DNA of 64,000 nt from the NCBI GenBank assembly GCA_044892525.1, contig CM097885.1, positions 47,865,727-47,929,726 on the forward strand, read 5' to 3'. Positions within the stretch are counted from its first letter, which is position 1. Every line of letters begins with the position of its first letter. Positions 23,771 to 48,769 of this stretch are shown piece after piece. Source of the DNA: Schmidtea polychroa (lineage: Eukaryota). Position numbers and translations under genes: made by a program. The notes beneath the pieces are model-generated. The model saw only the letters and a program-made list of their open reading frames with translations. It had not been told where the DNA came from and did no database searches.

Positions 23771-26700
23771 TTAAAGATTTGAAGGTTTTATTTCCATAAT
23801 TGGTACTCCCAGTTGGTTTTGATGTGCTTTCATCGCCAGATATGCAAAATAATCGAGGTAATAACAACCCCCGTTCCAAACTATGATAGCAGTTTGAATA
23901 ACTATAATAATCGAGTGGACCAGAAATAAGTGATAGCAAACAAAGCTAATGGAAATTCCAACAATGTAAAGAGCGAACGAGATGCACATGTAGCATATTA
24001 ATTGGAACCTGTCAAAATTAAAATTTGTTAATTTTTAAAATATTAAACCTTTTTGGTAAACTCCGAATGAATTTCCCAACAAAAGTGTTTCTTGCTCTTT
24101 GATACGTAAAACCATCGGAATATATTTCCGAAGGTTTAATAATCACATGTACTATTAAATTGTATAAAATCTAGAAATAAAATTACTGGTTAAAATAAAT
24201 ATCAGAATTTTTAAATCAGCTTTCTTTTGAATACAATTTCATCAATTATACTCGAGAACAAGAATGTTTCCAGAAAGTCATGAGTATATAAGATTCAAAA
24301 TGGATATATCAATGGATATCTGCATAACATATGGCGCGTCAGATTTTATCATTCGGCCCGTAAACACATTTGAAATAATATAATATAAAAAAACACAAAT
24401 ATAGTAAATGTATTTAAGAATAAATATTATTAATAAAATAAAACATTACATTTCTTTTACTATAATCTTATAATTTTTTCTATTAACTACCCATACCCAT
24501 TTCCTTAAAAGTGTTGGCCCTCGACGCTTTCAGTATTTGATATTGGAAGCTATTCCATCAATAGCTAACAATCATGTAGACATTACTTTTTATTTCCCCC
24601 CTTTCTTTAAACAATGTAACTTGTAAAACATGAAACTGTAACGTATAGAACAGAGGTCACCAACCCGAGGTCCGTAAGAAAATTCTGGTAATCCACAGTA
24701 AAATATTCCATTGAAAGAGATTAAATTATTATTTTAGAGTTTGGAATTTTTCTGATTTAAAATTATGTTTATTTGTAAAAGTATAAAATAATGAATTCCA
24801 TTGAAAATATATTATGGTACTCTGAATATGATATAAATTTACCTATATTTTTTGTATTTTTTACTTCGTTTGGTATAGTTTATTTGGTTTAGTCTTTAGA
24901 TTGTTGAAAAAGAAGTTAGAATAATTTATTCATGTGAATCATTTTACATAGGATACTTTAGATAATTCTATTATGAATGTCTAACTTTGTATTTTTATTA
25001 ATACGTAATATAAATATTGCGAAAAAAAATTTTAAAAGAATTAAATTAAATCAAAATAAGTGTTGTAAGTAAAAATAATGGTAAACTGTAAATAGTTAAG
25101 TAAATTAGTAACTTTTTATTTTACAAAAGTGTTTAAATATTAAGTGAAAAAAAAATTATATTCTTTCGGGGATTTTTATTTTCGTCGTCTTAAATTTTTT
25201 ATATTGATGCTCAAAATAATATTTTACAATTTTAACTTGAAAATATAAAGATCGAATTATAAAAATTATTTTAATTTTAATGGTCATATTAATAAAATGG
25301 TTCTCGCACATGTATTCTACAAAAGCGTGTTAAATAAAACTGCTCGCCGTAGAAAGCTTGAAATTAAGAAATAAATGAGTCGATTTAGGGCGATATTACT
25401 GTGTGCTTGTAAAAGATTTTCAACTCCAATGTCATAAAACGTCCTTTATAAACAAAGAAATAACAAAATAATTTCATGTTTTAAAAATTATTTTATCTAA
25501 AATTAGATTTTGTTTTCAATTGGACTTCATTAGAATCGGTACAATAGGAACCATTCATTTTCATTCATATATAAATAATTCATAAATATGAATAATTTCA
25601 ATAAATAATATGATTTAGTAATGTATAAGCAGAATAATTAGCTGGGTGTGATGAAGGTAGTGATGCCAGACGACCGTCTCAAAAAATGCCGGACATTTTT
25701 CTGTCGTATTTTGACAATAAATATCAGTGTCGGACCGTCGGTATGTCCGGAATTCCTTCAATGTTTTCACCGAACAAATAGCCGTAATATCTGACATCTG
25801 GCATCCTTAGATGAAGGTTTCAAATATTGCGTCAAACTTAATTTAAAAACCCATAAATTTATATGCAGGGTGACGGCTTTAATTAACCACGGAAGTTTTT
25901 AATTAATGAATAAAATATACTTTTCATAGTAATAATTAGGATCGGATTAAGCCATTTTAGTCCCCATGGCACAAACACACATTGGGAATCAAAACCAGTG
26001 AACTTTTAAGAGCGACAATCTTCACAGTTAGTAAATATAAATAAAAATGCATTTGTCTGCCATCTGTCTTATATTCCTTCGGGTCTTCGTAAAAAATTAC
26101 TTAAAGAACGTTAGAATAATGGTTCGCAGAAATTATTTACGGTTGCCGAATTTTCAAGAAATTTAAATGTAACAAAAATTATTCTAGAATTAAACAAAAT
26201 AGACATGTTCCATTGGTTTTCAGATTTTATTGATAAATTGTTATTTATAAATATTATAAGATTACAAAATCAAGAGAAAACTTTTGTTCAAAAATTAGGT
26301 CAGAATCAATTTTCTTTTGATATTTTAAAATATAATAAAATAGAGAAAAAAATTTCGAATGACAAAATAATGCGCATTCACTATAAGTCATATAGTTGTA
26401 AGAAATTGGAACTGTTGATTGCAAATAAGTATTATGAACAGGGATAAGTCAATCACAATATTAATTTAATTCGCATCAACATATTTATGTGAAAGATCAA
26501 TTACAATTAGCGCATGTTTTCATTAATTATTAAATTACAAGTAATAACTATTTATTTAGTTAATAGATTGTTCATTACTGTATATTATAATAAGGGAATC
26601 CAAATTACTCGGATAATAAATATTTAAAAGGAAAATAGTGAAATTAGTTTAAAAAAAGTTGTTTTTATACCAGTATAAGTTTTCAATTTAGAGCGTATTT

Positions 26701-28983
26701 TTCTTATGAAATGAGACGCAACTTAAAAGACTCGATCACTGGTTGTTGAAGATGGTAGAATTGTAAGTAAAGTTTGGAACAATTTTTCAATGTTTTCACC
26801 TCGTTTACAGTCATACCATTAAATAATTTATGCTCTTCATCTAGTATTGCAAATTTAGATGTAGGAACCGACATGATATAGGAACAGACTCCAAAATATA
26901 ATTCTCGATATCACCATAGAAAAACTATTCGTATTACTTCGTTTTTTTTATTTCTTTATTGAATGAGTATATTTTTTTCAAAACTTGATACCCGAAATAA
27001 GTTTAAAAATACCAATTACTCGATAATCGGCATTGGATTCACAAATTATAACTGTTCTTACTAATTTGGAATTTACCCACACTCCTAAACGTATATTATA
27101 ATTAAATATAGTGTTTCCAACCGTAAATATGGGAATAAAAACCTTTTAAAGATTATTTTTCTATTGAAAAAGATTCTTCATAAACAAATGACATCGCTAG
27201 TCATTTTGGAATAATTATTGTGCGGATTTTATTATTAATATGGTTTATAAATGGTCGAGGTCGTGTCGAAATTGTCAAAAACAGGGGCGGAAAAGGTCTG
27301 TGAATGTAAAATGTTTATTCATCATTTGAAAAAAAACTATTATTCTTTTATAAATCACTTTGATTTTTATGAAAATGTGTGGTTTGTGTTGTAGCTTCTA
27401 TAGCACAAAATTTATTATGGGAAAGTAGTAGGGAATTTCATGCTCAATAAAAATCACCGTGATATGAAACCATTCGTTGCCAATTTACTTAAATAAAATA
27501 CTTTAATCGCATTTATTTCACAATTCACTAGCTACGACATTCGCTTTTACTCCATTGGGAAACCAAATAAACACCGTATTATGTTAACAGCAGAGGTTCT
27601 AAACTATTTTTGGTACTGGGGACACTTAAAAAAATTTAATTTATTGATTTGTAATGCAAAATTTGTACATAATGGCAATCGCATAACTATTAGAATTCGG
27701 ACTTAATATTTTAAAAACTTACTCGTATTTCATTGGAATCGGTTTGCGATACACCGGTTAAGAACCTCTGGTGTATAGTGCTAAACGAGACCCGCCGACA
27801 ATATTTGAACGTACCCCTGTCAGTTAAGTGCACCCCTTTTAATCACATGTATCAAGAACTTTATTGTGTAACAAAATGAATTTGTAAAACCCGACCATTA
27901 AGACACGATTCCAGAATCGGGCAACAATTCTCAAACTAATTTTGTCATAAAAATGGATTTGTGACGCAACAGTTCCTTAAATATGTCCTAACGTAAGACT
28001 TCAAAGGATCAATGAATAACTTCTTATTTAATCACAGTTCAATTTATTTATTATTAATTATTAAATTAATTAATGAAAATATTCAAACGGCTAAGCTTAC
28101 GTCATGAGCAACTAGGAATACTATTGGCACTAAAATCAACCAAAACCAATTTTCATTAGATTGCCATTTGTAAATCGGCATGATGTTGATATCAGCTGTT
28201 GCGAATTCTCTAAACCACCCAAAACTGGTTTTGCGAGGAAACCATCTAACGCTGGAAAAAGTACACAATATTAACCTTTTATCAATAACTATGTTAACCT
28301 CCAAGTAATAATCGGTGGAGCCCAGTGAATAAAACACGAAGTTATTTTATCTAAATCATGATAAGCTAATGTATTCCTGAATGGCAAAACAGCCCATAGA
28401 ACTGGTCCGTTTGTAGCGGCGAAAATCGACAGAAAGACTGTGTTCAAAGATAGATCCATCCTAATAATCGTCAAAGAAAATTATTAATTAATCACATTTT
28501 TGCTACCATAGATAAATAATTAGTGCTGTGTTTACAAAATAGCAATTATCGAAAATAAATAGGAAACTTTTTGATTGTCTATAAAAATTTAAATCATATT
28601 ATAATAGAAAATAATAAAACTTACATGTAAGAGGAAATTCGTAAAACGAATAATATAGGATAGGTAATACAATACATGTATAAAACAACATTCGGAAAGA
28701 CCAATAAAAGCAAATATGTTACGAACATATAAGCTACCGACATCAAGAAACAGACTTTGCCAGACATACGATTTTCGACCCATTTCTGTGAAAAATTTAA
28801 GTAAAAGGAATTAAAATAATCATTTCTGTCAACAATGTCAAGATCAACTTTTATTGATTTACATATATTAGACATCAAATTTAATTATTGATGAAAATAT
28901 ATAAATTTAATAAATCTTACTTTAGTAATTATCCCTCTTGATTTAATTATAGCAACTTCTGTTTTATTTGATTTTTTCGTCAT
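23771..28983 (-). CDS. Glycerophosphocholine acyltransferase 1-like (GPC1/GPCAT, DUF2838) multi-exon membrane protein
   Basis: Approximate exons 28983-28921, 28866-28625, 28580-28508, 28461-28298, 28251-28101, 24170-24049, 24008-23771; motifs FDNCYFVN, FRNTLAYHDLDKITSCFIH, WNGGCYY. Confidence 0.8.
27591..27770. mobile_element. hAT (Charlie-like) MITE, intronic
   Basis: CAGAGGTTCT / AGAACCTCTG termini; TSD degenerate. Confidence 0.6.
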
Positions 28984-30470
28984 TTCACGCTTGAAATAAA
29001 AATTAAAACAATTTTTAGTATAAAATAAAAAATTAATTATCAAACAAAATTAAATTAAAATCGATTAAAATTAAATATCTAAAATTTTTGTTACTAAAAA
29101 TAAATTTGTAGAACATGGTGAATTATTGAAAGATTTGATTGGTTCTTATTATTGAGAAATTCTCTACATATTGATTACTGAAATGTTGATGTTCTAGCAA
29201 TTTCATTATAATTGAAACAATTGAAGTTCAATTATATAATTCAAATTAAATATAAATATTTATTTTCAAAGAATAGGTATATAGCAGAAAATGTATTCAA
29301 TTTAAGTTAGAATTTTAATTATAAAACAAATCTTTAATTGAAAAATGTCTGGTCAGCTTTGACGTCATGAATTTGTATGGCCTTTCTACTTTGAATTTCT
29401 AGATTAGTTCAACAGCTTAAAATGTAATGTCCATTATTGAGCTTTAAAATATTCATTCTGTGATTCAAACACCACAGAGTTATGCATGTATTTTTAATGC
29501 AATAACGTGGTCTATAAGTAGAATATATTAGAATTTTGAGTTGAAATCAAACTGGATTGCCTATGAAATTGAAATAAATCGATGAGCAAAACATTAACAC
29601 GTAAGAACACAGTTTCTAGTATAAATTCTTTATATGTCAAACTTAATAAAATTCATTGTCATTGACAATGAGTATTCTCCGTATTTCTGCTCGATATATA
29701 ACGGGAAGTGGGTTATTTAGCCTTGGCAAGATTTGCGTACCATTTTCACTCAACCATCTGAAGTTAACAAAAAAAGGATTTAAAAAAGACAAATCAAATT
29801 GTATATTTTTGATTGTGAATTTTCAATCATATTGGAATTTTATTTCTAAACTTGGCAGCTATTTTTGAAGATGTGTTTCAATAGAAATACAAGCTAATTC
29901 TAAAATACAGATATTAGCATTTGATAATATGCTATTTTATTTTTTCATCCAAAAACATTTTTTAAAACAAGTTATCAGTACAGAATCAATACTATTTTAC
30001 CTTGATCCTATACTTTATCTCTTTAACTTGATAGTTAAATGATTGTGTTGAAATGATCGTGTAAATTCTGGGACATCTCACAAATATTATTTTATCCACC
30101 ATATATGGATCTGCTGTTAGTAAATAGTACCAGCTTTCGTTTTCTTAGATGGTTTGAATAATCAATCTCTTTTCATAATTTAGTCAGCGACACATACCCT
30201 TTTGTATCGTAAACATTGACATCGTACACAATTATACAAGTTTACACAAATTCTTTATTGCTTTATTCGACCAACTGGTAATTCGCTTTTTAATAGCTTT
30301 CTTTTTTCACCCTATCTTTCAAAACAATTTAATTGCTAATCTCACAATTATTCCCTCACTCCGGGTCTAATAGTCTCAACAACAAGTAAATTGCTCGTCT
30401 TTGATCTGATCATTTAATAATCTATTTGGCTTCCCTCACTTATCGGCTGTCTATACATATCGAGTTTTTA

Positions 30471-32050
30471 CAGTGCTCGGATTTCCCATTGACTCAAGTT
30501 TTCCATTACCTCGGGCTTCCCATTAGCATGAGATTGTGATTTCTCGTACTTTTCATATTCTCGAGATACGAGAAATTTGTTAATATTTTCTCGAGAATTC
30601 TCGAGAATCTTCAAGAAATAAAATAGAGAACTTTCAATTAGAATTTTTTTTTATTATAACAAAAAACAAAACATAAGAAAACACTTCATTGTGTTAAAAA
30701 AAATGACAAAATAATTCATTTTAACTTGAAAATTATAAAATAATTTAATATTAATATTGCTTATTTAACTATATTTTGAGAAATAATTCTTCAAAAAACA
30801 TAAACAATTCAATGACTTGTCAGAGAATTTTTCTTTCTTTTTTAATGTAAAATTACTGGATATCGAAAAATTCCTTTGGTTTTGTGTTGATGTTGCTATA
30901 ACCGTGCCTAAAGCATTTTTAAGTTGTTGTAACTTATTTGTAAGGTTTCCAAAAGCTACATCTATATTTATTTCTTTCTATTAAGTGCGGAAGTTAGCAT
31001 CAATTATAATTTGAGTGTTTCACTGATTGAATCTTCTAACTTCCTCTTAAGATATAAGCCAAAGGTGGGAACCTTTTTATTTCCATAGGTCACATCGAAA
31101 TTTGTCGCCTCCAAATGGGGCCGCAGTCAAAAAGTATTTTAACATTAATTAATTTCATTTTAAACCTTTTGTTTATGTACAATTTGTAATTAAAAACATT
31201 TGTAAAGTGCAACTGTACAAAATATTCTGGAAATTTTTTTTTAATTTCTGAATCGAAAAATTGATGCTAATAAGTCATCATCTCACAAATGAGTGCTCAA
31301 TAAGCTTATTTATTCTTCTACATACGTTTTGTATTTATGGATGTGAATGATTTATATTTTTTTTTTATATTTATATTTATTTTTTATATAAATTAAGATT
31401 TGTTTCGATAAGGCTCCAGAGGACGCACATGGAGCTCCGGGAGGCCGTAGGTTCTCCACCCCTGATCTAAGCTATTGGTTTCTTCATTAACTATTTCAAG
31501 TTCGTCATCATTATTATCGTATTTATTAATTTCAGTTTCTGGACAAATATTTTCAGTATCATTGTTATTTTTGAACAGTCTATTCATTTTGGTTTTAGTT
31601 CGTTTAACTATATCCTTTCTTGAACTTGTTATAAAAAATTAATCTGTTTCTTCTAATTGTAAATTATTTGGATCTTGTATAAACTTTATCAAAGTTATCA
31701 GAACTGGATCTCTTCTCTTTGCAATTTGAAGTTTTATTTCTTCTAAAAGTAATGCACTTATGTTAGCACAATTATTTGTAGTGAAAGTATTAAATAAAAA
31801 TTTTAAAATACCTTTAGCTGTTAAAAGATTTGTATCGTGTCGACTTAGTGCTTCGACTGCAATTTTAACTGGCTTCAAGGCTTTCAATATGTTCACTGCT
31901 ATTGTATCATTATATTCAGGATTCCACAAATAACATAAATTGAAATCATACAATGCCGTAATCACACCACGTTTTATTCTTAAAAATCTTTCAACTATTG
32001 TTTCTATGGCATTCCAACCCGTTTTACAATCTAATAAAGGTTGTAACTCA
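30471..32050 (-). mobile_element. Truncated hAT element with decayed transposase
   Basis: LDCKTGWNA..VERFL (LDxxTRWNS-like), LKPVKIAVEALS, dimerisation remnant near 30780-30920, terminus CAGTGCTCGGATT at 30471. Confidence 0.75.
31060..31464. mobile_element. hAT MITE nested in the transposase
   Basis: Right end GGTTCTCCACCCCTG, degenerate left end; TSD ATATAAGC/ATCTAAGC. Confidence 0.65.
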
Positions 32051-34484
32051 TTTTTTACAAAGTTCAAGAAAATTCAAATATATAAACATATATTCAAACA
32101 AATAAGTATTGGGAAAAACTGATTTGTTCCCTGGATAGCGATCGAAATCCGCAAAAACAGCACGCAGACATAGCCCTAAGTAGAAAAAATTGAAAACAAA
32201 TAAAAACATTAAGCAAACATCATAAAAGAGAGATAACAACTTCAAAATGAAAAAACACAAAAAAATAAGAAGAACAAGAAGTATGGCACGAAAAAACATA
32301 GGCATAGCATAGACAAATAACGAAAAGTAAACAAACTTGAATTAATGTCAATAAAGGAAAAATAGGAACTGGAAATAAAAAGGACTTCCACAAAATAATG
32401 TCAAAGACGAGTTTGAAATTAAAACTATAATAAAATGATAAAAAACGCTAGAATATTCTATGAAAATGGCAAAATCCACCATGGCGCCGACATCAACAAC
32501 AACTAAATCCAAAAATAAAATTTAGAAAGGTAAATCATTAAAAATACTAATAAAATAACCTAAAAGTTTAAAAAAATAAGAATAATAAAATTAAAATATT
32601 CAAATAGCATAAAATATTCTAGAAAATGGCCATATCCGTCATGGCGGCGAAATTAAATAAAATTAAATAAAATATAAAAATTAAAAAATGAAATAAATCA
32701 TTAATAATAAAAAATCGCGATCAAAATTAAATATAATTAATATAATTCGAATTTGTTTTACTGCATCAATGTACGCACGTATACTCGCACATAAAAATCA
32801 GCTTATATAAACAGACACATTTCGATCACCATTTAATGCTGAATTTTTGGGTAGACCAAAATTTCTAAATTTTGAAATCCAGCATTTTAATTTTTGAAGT
32901 AAAGATTTTTTGTATTACTTTTATGGTTAAGCATAAATTACAGGCAGATTTTATTGTTGCTTTTGATTTTTGTTTTTCTAGTTTCAATAAATAAAAATAA
33001 ATAAAATTTTCAATAAATAAAATCATAACGTTTTTTGGCCAACAGCTACCATCATAAACTGCAAGTCAATAAAATAAAATACTACATTGTGACTTACGAG
33101 GAGTTGTAGATCTTTAGCTAATGAATGGAGACATGCCTTAACACTTGGGTGTTTACAAGTGGAAAGCTCGCGATATGTAAGACGAGTAACCACTGAATGT
33201 TAATGAGCAGGATGTAAACTTAAAAATGGAGATTGGAAACTGCAGAAAATATTTATAAAATTAAAAATTGAAAGAAGAAATTAAAAACGAACTATTACAG
33301 AAAATGGAATCATATTACAAGCAAGAATAAAGAAAATACGATCGGAAGAATTAAATGAATGCTTCTGAAGGTATTTCTATGGTGAAATTTATTTATATCT
33401 TTAAATAAAATTTTTTCGTTAAGAGTTGTTATTATTGTTATTGCATTATTTGATTATATAAATATTATTTTATTATACACACTTGCATACAAGCATACAC
33501 ATACATAAAAAACCCAGCTACCTCAAATAATATTTTACTCGCTGGGCTCAACAAATTTATTCCACAAAAAATTCTCGCGTAAAACTACTATTAAGATTTA
33601 AAACACACTGCCTCACAGGAGCAGAGTGTTCAAGATCAAATTGAAAGTAAAGCATCTCAAAATGGAGTGTCCTCAGGGTGAAATTGGTGATGCATTGGCA
33701 CAAAGAGTGGTGCCATTGAAAACCCAAACAAATGGAGTCAATACGTTGGTGGACACGTTTGATGGATGGAAAATTGATATGCTCACCTTTTATTGGTAAC
33801 TAATTATTTAACACATTACCAACCGTTGCGGAGTAACAGGCAACAAATGGTTAGACACATCATCATTTTTGTTAATGGGTTGCGTTGGTAACAATAATCC
33901 AGAGTATTTCAACATCGATTTGTTGCCCAACAAATCAAAAGTGGTACCCATCCATTAGCTAAGCTTATTCTTTCTTTATTATAATTCAAAATTTAGATTG
34001 TTTGATACATTAGTCTGTAAATTAATGCAATTCATTATTTCACATAATTGCGTTTTATTTTTTCTTAAAAATTTATTACTTGTTTTAGTTTATTCGGTGC
34101 TTTCATTATGATTTCTAATTAAATTTCATGAATTGCATGTGTACGTATCAGAGATTCAGTAAGACAAATCAAACTGCATGTTTTAACTCCATAAAAGAAC
34201 TCTCAATAAAATATAACCAACTTGCTTTTATGGCTTTATCACAAAGAATGAAAATATATCATCATATAATTATTATTTAATAATTAAAATAACCCATTTT
34301 ATTAATTTTAATCATTCTTCAAAATTTTAATAATAAATCTTTGGCAAATTTAATTAAATCTTTAAATATTTCTATTACTTTTAGTGATTTATTAAGTTTC
34401 GAATTGGTAAACAGAGCATTTCTTTAAACGCATTATTTTAATTTATATTTTAACTTTCCATTTACAATAACAATAATTTAAAAG

Positions 34485-44003
<9,519 letters not shown>

Positions 44004-44179
44004 ATTTAGCTTATATGTTCTTGTTATATGTTGTAGTTTAAACATTAATTGTAATCAAATTTGTTGTAATTATTTTAATTATTAATATTATTCCTTATTT
44101 AATAAATATCGTTTGATTATTGCTAAATAGTTGATGATGCTTTAAAAGTTATTTTATTCTTTTTATATTGTTCTGAAAT

Positions 44180-44576
44180 CAGAGGCGTAGCAAGGGGAGG
44201 GGCAATTTGTCCTGGGTGTCAGAAGAGGATTCATTGTATTCTCTTTTGGAACTTATTTCTTTCATTGTGTCGTATGGTGATGATGTCTTTCCCAATTTGT
44301 GCATTGGTCTGCAAATTCTTTTCACAGTGACAGTATCAACAGGCAATTGTGAAAGTTCATTCAGCAAACTGAAGCTCATTCTCTTATATCTAACGATGTC
44401 GATGAAACAAGGTCGTCTCTGATCTCGCTTTTCTCAGTATAGTTTTGTCTTAGTCTTTTGACACTTTCAACTTTATTCCTACTCCTTCGTAACTACACAC
44501 AATTAATTGATAAAATAGACTTCGATGCTATTATTGACAAATCTGCGGGCATGAAGGCTAGAAAAATTAATTTAGT
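44180..44576 (+). pseudogene. hAT terminus plus dimerisation-domain remnant
   Basis: CAGAGGCGTAGC; FPNLCIGLQILFTVTVSTGNCESSFSKLKLI. Confidence 0.75.
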
Positions 44577-46438
44577 ATGAATTTTAGGAATGTGCGCATT
44601 GGGTGGGGGTTGACATAACCATTGGTAACATTTTTGTCGTAGGAGCTAAAATTTATTTTTCTAATTGTCTTTTTTGGTGATAATGTTATTATATGTCATA
44701 TTGAGTATGGACTACTGTGCTCTTATTTTTGGCACCGAATACTGTGCTCCAATGTTTCAGTGACATTGGGGACCATAATTTATACCTTGTACTCGTCGCC
44801 TCTGTTTGAAATTTAACCCTTTTATCGACTTGCAGGCCACACAAGTTTTATCGTGTTTCCAAAACCTGAGCTGTGATTCTTGGGAATAAAAATAAATTAT
44901 TGAACAAAGATAACAAAACTAAATTTCAAGATTATTAGACAATATCACTTGCAGGACGAGCTGACACAGAATTTTCAGATATTTTATTTTCTAGTTTTCT
45001 ATATATAAATATATATATTCGGACTTTTGTTGGCATTTTTTACTGACTAGACTCATATTTCGTCACTTTACTCGGTCTATTTATTTTACCTGCTAAAAAT
45101 TTAAACGAAATAAATAGCTATATAAGTACTTCGTATTACATATAGCTTACTATGTTGACCTACACATTTATATGAAACACGTGATGTTAAAATTATTTTA
45201 AGTTATGCTGGTTGAAGTAGAAATTTATGGTAAAGCATTTATATAAGTTGGTTATACGGAGATGAGTCAATACACTTCTTGCTATTTATAAAGATTATAC
45301 ACTTGTTTATGAATGCCATATTGTGACATTTGGTGGGTTATTAGTTGGGAAACACTTTGTCCTAGTTTTTCGACACTTTCAACTTTGTTCCTACCTCTTC
45401 GTAACTGCACACAATTATTTAGTTAAACGCTAAATGCCCGTTGCTACTGCAATTTCATGGGCAGTGGCCAGCAAAATGTGAGCCCTAACATAAGGACTGA
45501 TATTGCCCTCATAGCGTTAATTTCCTACTGCCACTCATTTCCATATTTATTTTTCCTAACGTTTTGCCCTCCGTTTCCCTTTCATTTTTTTTGTCAAGGA
45601 ATTTACTTTATTTATTTTTTATTCATGGTTGAAACGATATTTGGTTTAATGAATTTGCTTTAAATTATTTCGAAAACAATAAAACATCTTTGGCGTCAAA
45701 ATAATGGTTATACTAAGTTTTTTTCTAGCAGTATTTCGATACCTTTTACTGTTCGCCTATTTTCTTTAATTAAAATAGATCGTAACCAAAGGATTATTAC
45801 CTCTAAACTTCTAGACAAAACTTGATATTTAAATTTATATTAATATTAAATTTACAAATCTGCTTAACCAACAGACGCCATTAAGATATCAAATAATTAA
45901 TGTTTTCAATTCTTGGGATCCTCTTGAATTCCTTTCTGCGTCCGATTTCGTCTTCGTTCATATTTGTCTGGACATGGCTTTGAGGGCTTTTTGGTCACTG
46001 TAGTAATTGTTGGCAGTCTCGAAATTAACACTGCCAGAGTTAGTGTGGAGTTTTCAATTAAATGAATATTAAAGTCGGTATTTCTGGCTCCAGGTGTTCT
46101 GTTAAAATAGTAAGACAAACAATATTCAACGTATTTCTATTTAAATTCGTATAATCTACAATTTACAAAACTCCGAATATCGCAATAAAATGCCTATTCT
46201 GACTATTCAATAAATCTTTCTGTGACCACTTTGATTTTGCATATTCTACAAATATAGTCACATCTCTTTTAAAATCCATTGACATGATTATTTTATTTTC
46301 CTTACAGTTAGTTCTATCTTCTGACTTTAATTTTCCCTTTAATCTTACTGTTAAATTGTTCGACAGTACCTGAGGCAAAATGTCGATTGTTTCTGAGTTT
46401 GAGTTCTCTTATATAGTTGAAATAATTACATTGATTAA

Positions 46439-46695
46439 CCCTCAGTCTACCGTCCGGGTCCATTGGACCTGAAACGAAAATATTTTTTCATTGACAAATG
46501 TTCATTTACTTTTTATATTACAAAATGTTAAGTCTTGTATAATATTTGATTTTTTCTTTATATTTTTAATTAATAAACAATTTTTGAAAGTTATTTATGT
46601 TTAATTTTTACATTCATTATAATACATGTAACAGCAATTTAAAATAAGCCGGGCCCATTTGACCTGGGTGGTATTTTTTTTTGGTAGACGCAGGG
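46439..46695. mobile_element. piggyBac-type MITE
   Basis: TTAA-CCCTCAGTCTACC ... GGTAGACGCAGGG-TTAA. Confidence 0.85.
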
Positions 46696-47927
46696 TTAAT
46701 GGCGTTTCAACTAGATCGTCTCCCTTTGACAATCTTTGCTTTTCGGCCTTTTTCATCTTTTCTTCTTCGAAAGAAATAATTAATATTCCCACCATGTGTC
46801 CCTTTTGCGATTATCTTTTGCCCGTTTTCCCGTTACTGCTGTCATGATAATGGTTTTCAGAAATCCTCTTTGTTTACTTTTCTTTCTTTTTACTTATCTT
46901 TAATTAATTAATTAAAGATTTTCTGTTTTTGGTGGGAATTCAATAACCTCCTTTATCTGTGTGGAGTCCGGATCAAAGCTCAAGTCTCGAATGGTATTAC
47001 GATTTTCGGTCCATGATTTTTCTAGGAGTCCTATCTTTTTGATGCAAATTCTTGACGAAGTCTGGCCTTAATAAGGTCAACTCCATTTTCCTGAAGTGTT
47101 AGACTAAGGATTCGGACCGTTTGGCTTTACCGGTAGCCTCCAGTGTATAGGGCTACATCTTTGATTTTTTTCACTTGGTTCACTGAATTGACAAATGATG
47201 TATTTTAGGAGCGCATTGACAATTATACTGTCACAATTAGGAATAGCAATAATGGCCATTATGAGCTATGAACGATATAATTTATAATAATATTAATGAG
47301 ATGAGTCCTAGGTGATGATAAATATTTGCCATTGGAGCCGAGCTTTCTTGGAATGATATCCAATTGGTACATAATATCATTTTATCCTCTCTATGTCTTA
47401 GTCTTTTACTCTAGAAGTTACCATACTTCTACAAACGAGACTGTTTTTGTACGACAATTTATCTGAAGATTTTCTGATTTAATTTAACAACTTAAAAAAT
47501 TTTATTGTTACTGAGTCAATACGGAATGATTTATTAAAATTTAAAACGATTTATCTTTCAAATGAAATGATGATTTATTTTCAATAATACAAACATTTGA
47601 TGATGATGATTTATTTCAGTTTTCTTTCCGGAACTTTTCATTTAATCGAATTTTTGGCCGGTAATTTATCATTCGGTTGTCATCCGGTCATTTTCATTGT
47701 TACCTAATTCAGCGGTTTCTAACCTTTATGCTACCGCGCCTCCCACAAAATTTTTTTTTCTTGGCGCCTCCCGATCTTTTTAATATATATATATATATAT
47801 AAACACGTTTTAAACTATAATAACTTTAATACAAAAAAAATTAAAACTACAATTAACAGAAAAAAATCAAGGTTTTGCTATAACATACGAACATGTACAT
47901 TTATTTGTATATTAAATTAACAATTAA

Positions 47928-48732
47928 CCCTATGTCGGTAGCGCCCATTTTTCTTACATCGTCGGTCGCGTGGGGTCTTTAAAGACTCGGAGCTTAGAAA
48001 AACCGACATAACTTTTTAATTATTTAAGTTACAGGTTTGTGTGTCTAAGAAGCTACCTAAATAACAAGTACGCACGACGCCTGAGTAGAGTAGACTTTTG
48101 TTCGCGAGCGGGCTTGTAAGGAGCCCACGCGATCGATTACGTATATTTTTTTGCTTGAAAAAATTTATAAAACCTAGAAAAATATCTCAAAACATTAGAT
48201 TTTTCTCTTTTTGATGACTACCTGAAATATAGAAGTACTATACAAACCCTCACACGAACACAACGCCGACATATTATGCACTTCATAGTAACAAAATTTT
48301 ACAAAAATGAAGTTCGCTAGTCATAAAAAGATGCATACATTGCCCTCGAAATCTTGACAGAAAATATTCGACAGCATGTGTTTCATGCGGTAAAATATAT
48401 GCCAATTTCGGAAGATCAAAATGTAGAGTGATTTTTTATATGTATAGTTATAAGTATCTTGATGTTTAAAGGTAAAGAATGCCTGGAATTTGACATTTCT
48501 TGTTATAATTAAAAGAGTTTAAATTTTTTATTTTTTATTTGATAATTTTAAACTCGAAGGTTTGTTTTGTAATAAGTTATAATTTCCATGCCAAAATAAA
48601 TAACGAAATGCAAAATATGCTTTATTATCGTTAAATATTTACCCACATAACAGAAAAACATAAAAAACAAATATATAAAATTTCGCCAAATAATGTATTG
48701 GGCATTTAAAGACCCCACCGACCGACCCCTGG
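47928..48732. mobile_element. piggyBac-type non-autonomous element nested in the Charlie element
   Basis: TTAA-CCCTATGTCGGTAG ... CGACCGACCCCTGG-TTAA. Confidence 0.7.
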
Positions 48733-48769
48733 TTAAACTACATCTAATACATAAAAATTTAATGCGAAG

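Noticed and set aside
33600..33955. Higher-GC block with a possible two-exon minus-strand ORF (MGTTFDLLG...)
   Set aside because: No recognisable motif and short; cannot be supported from sequence alone
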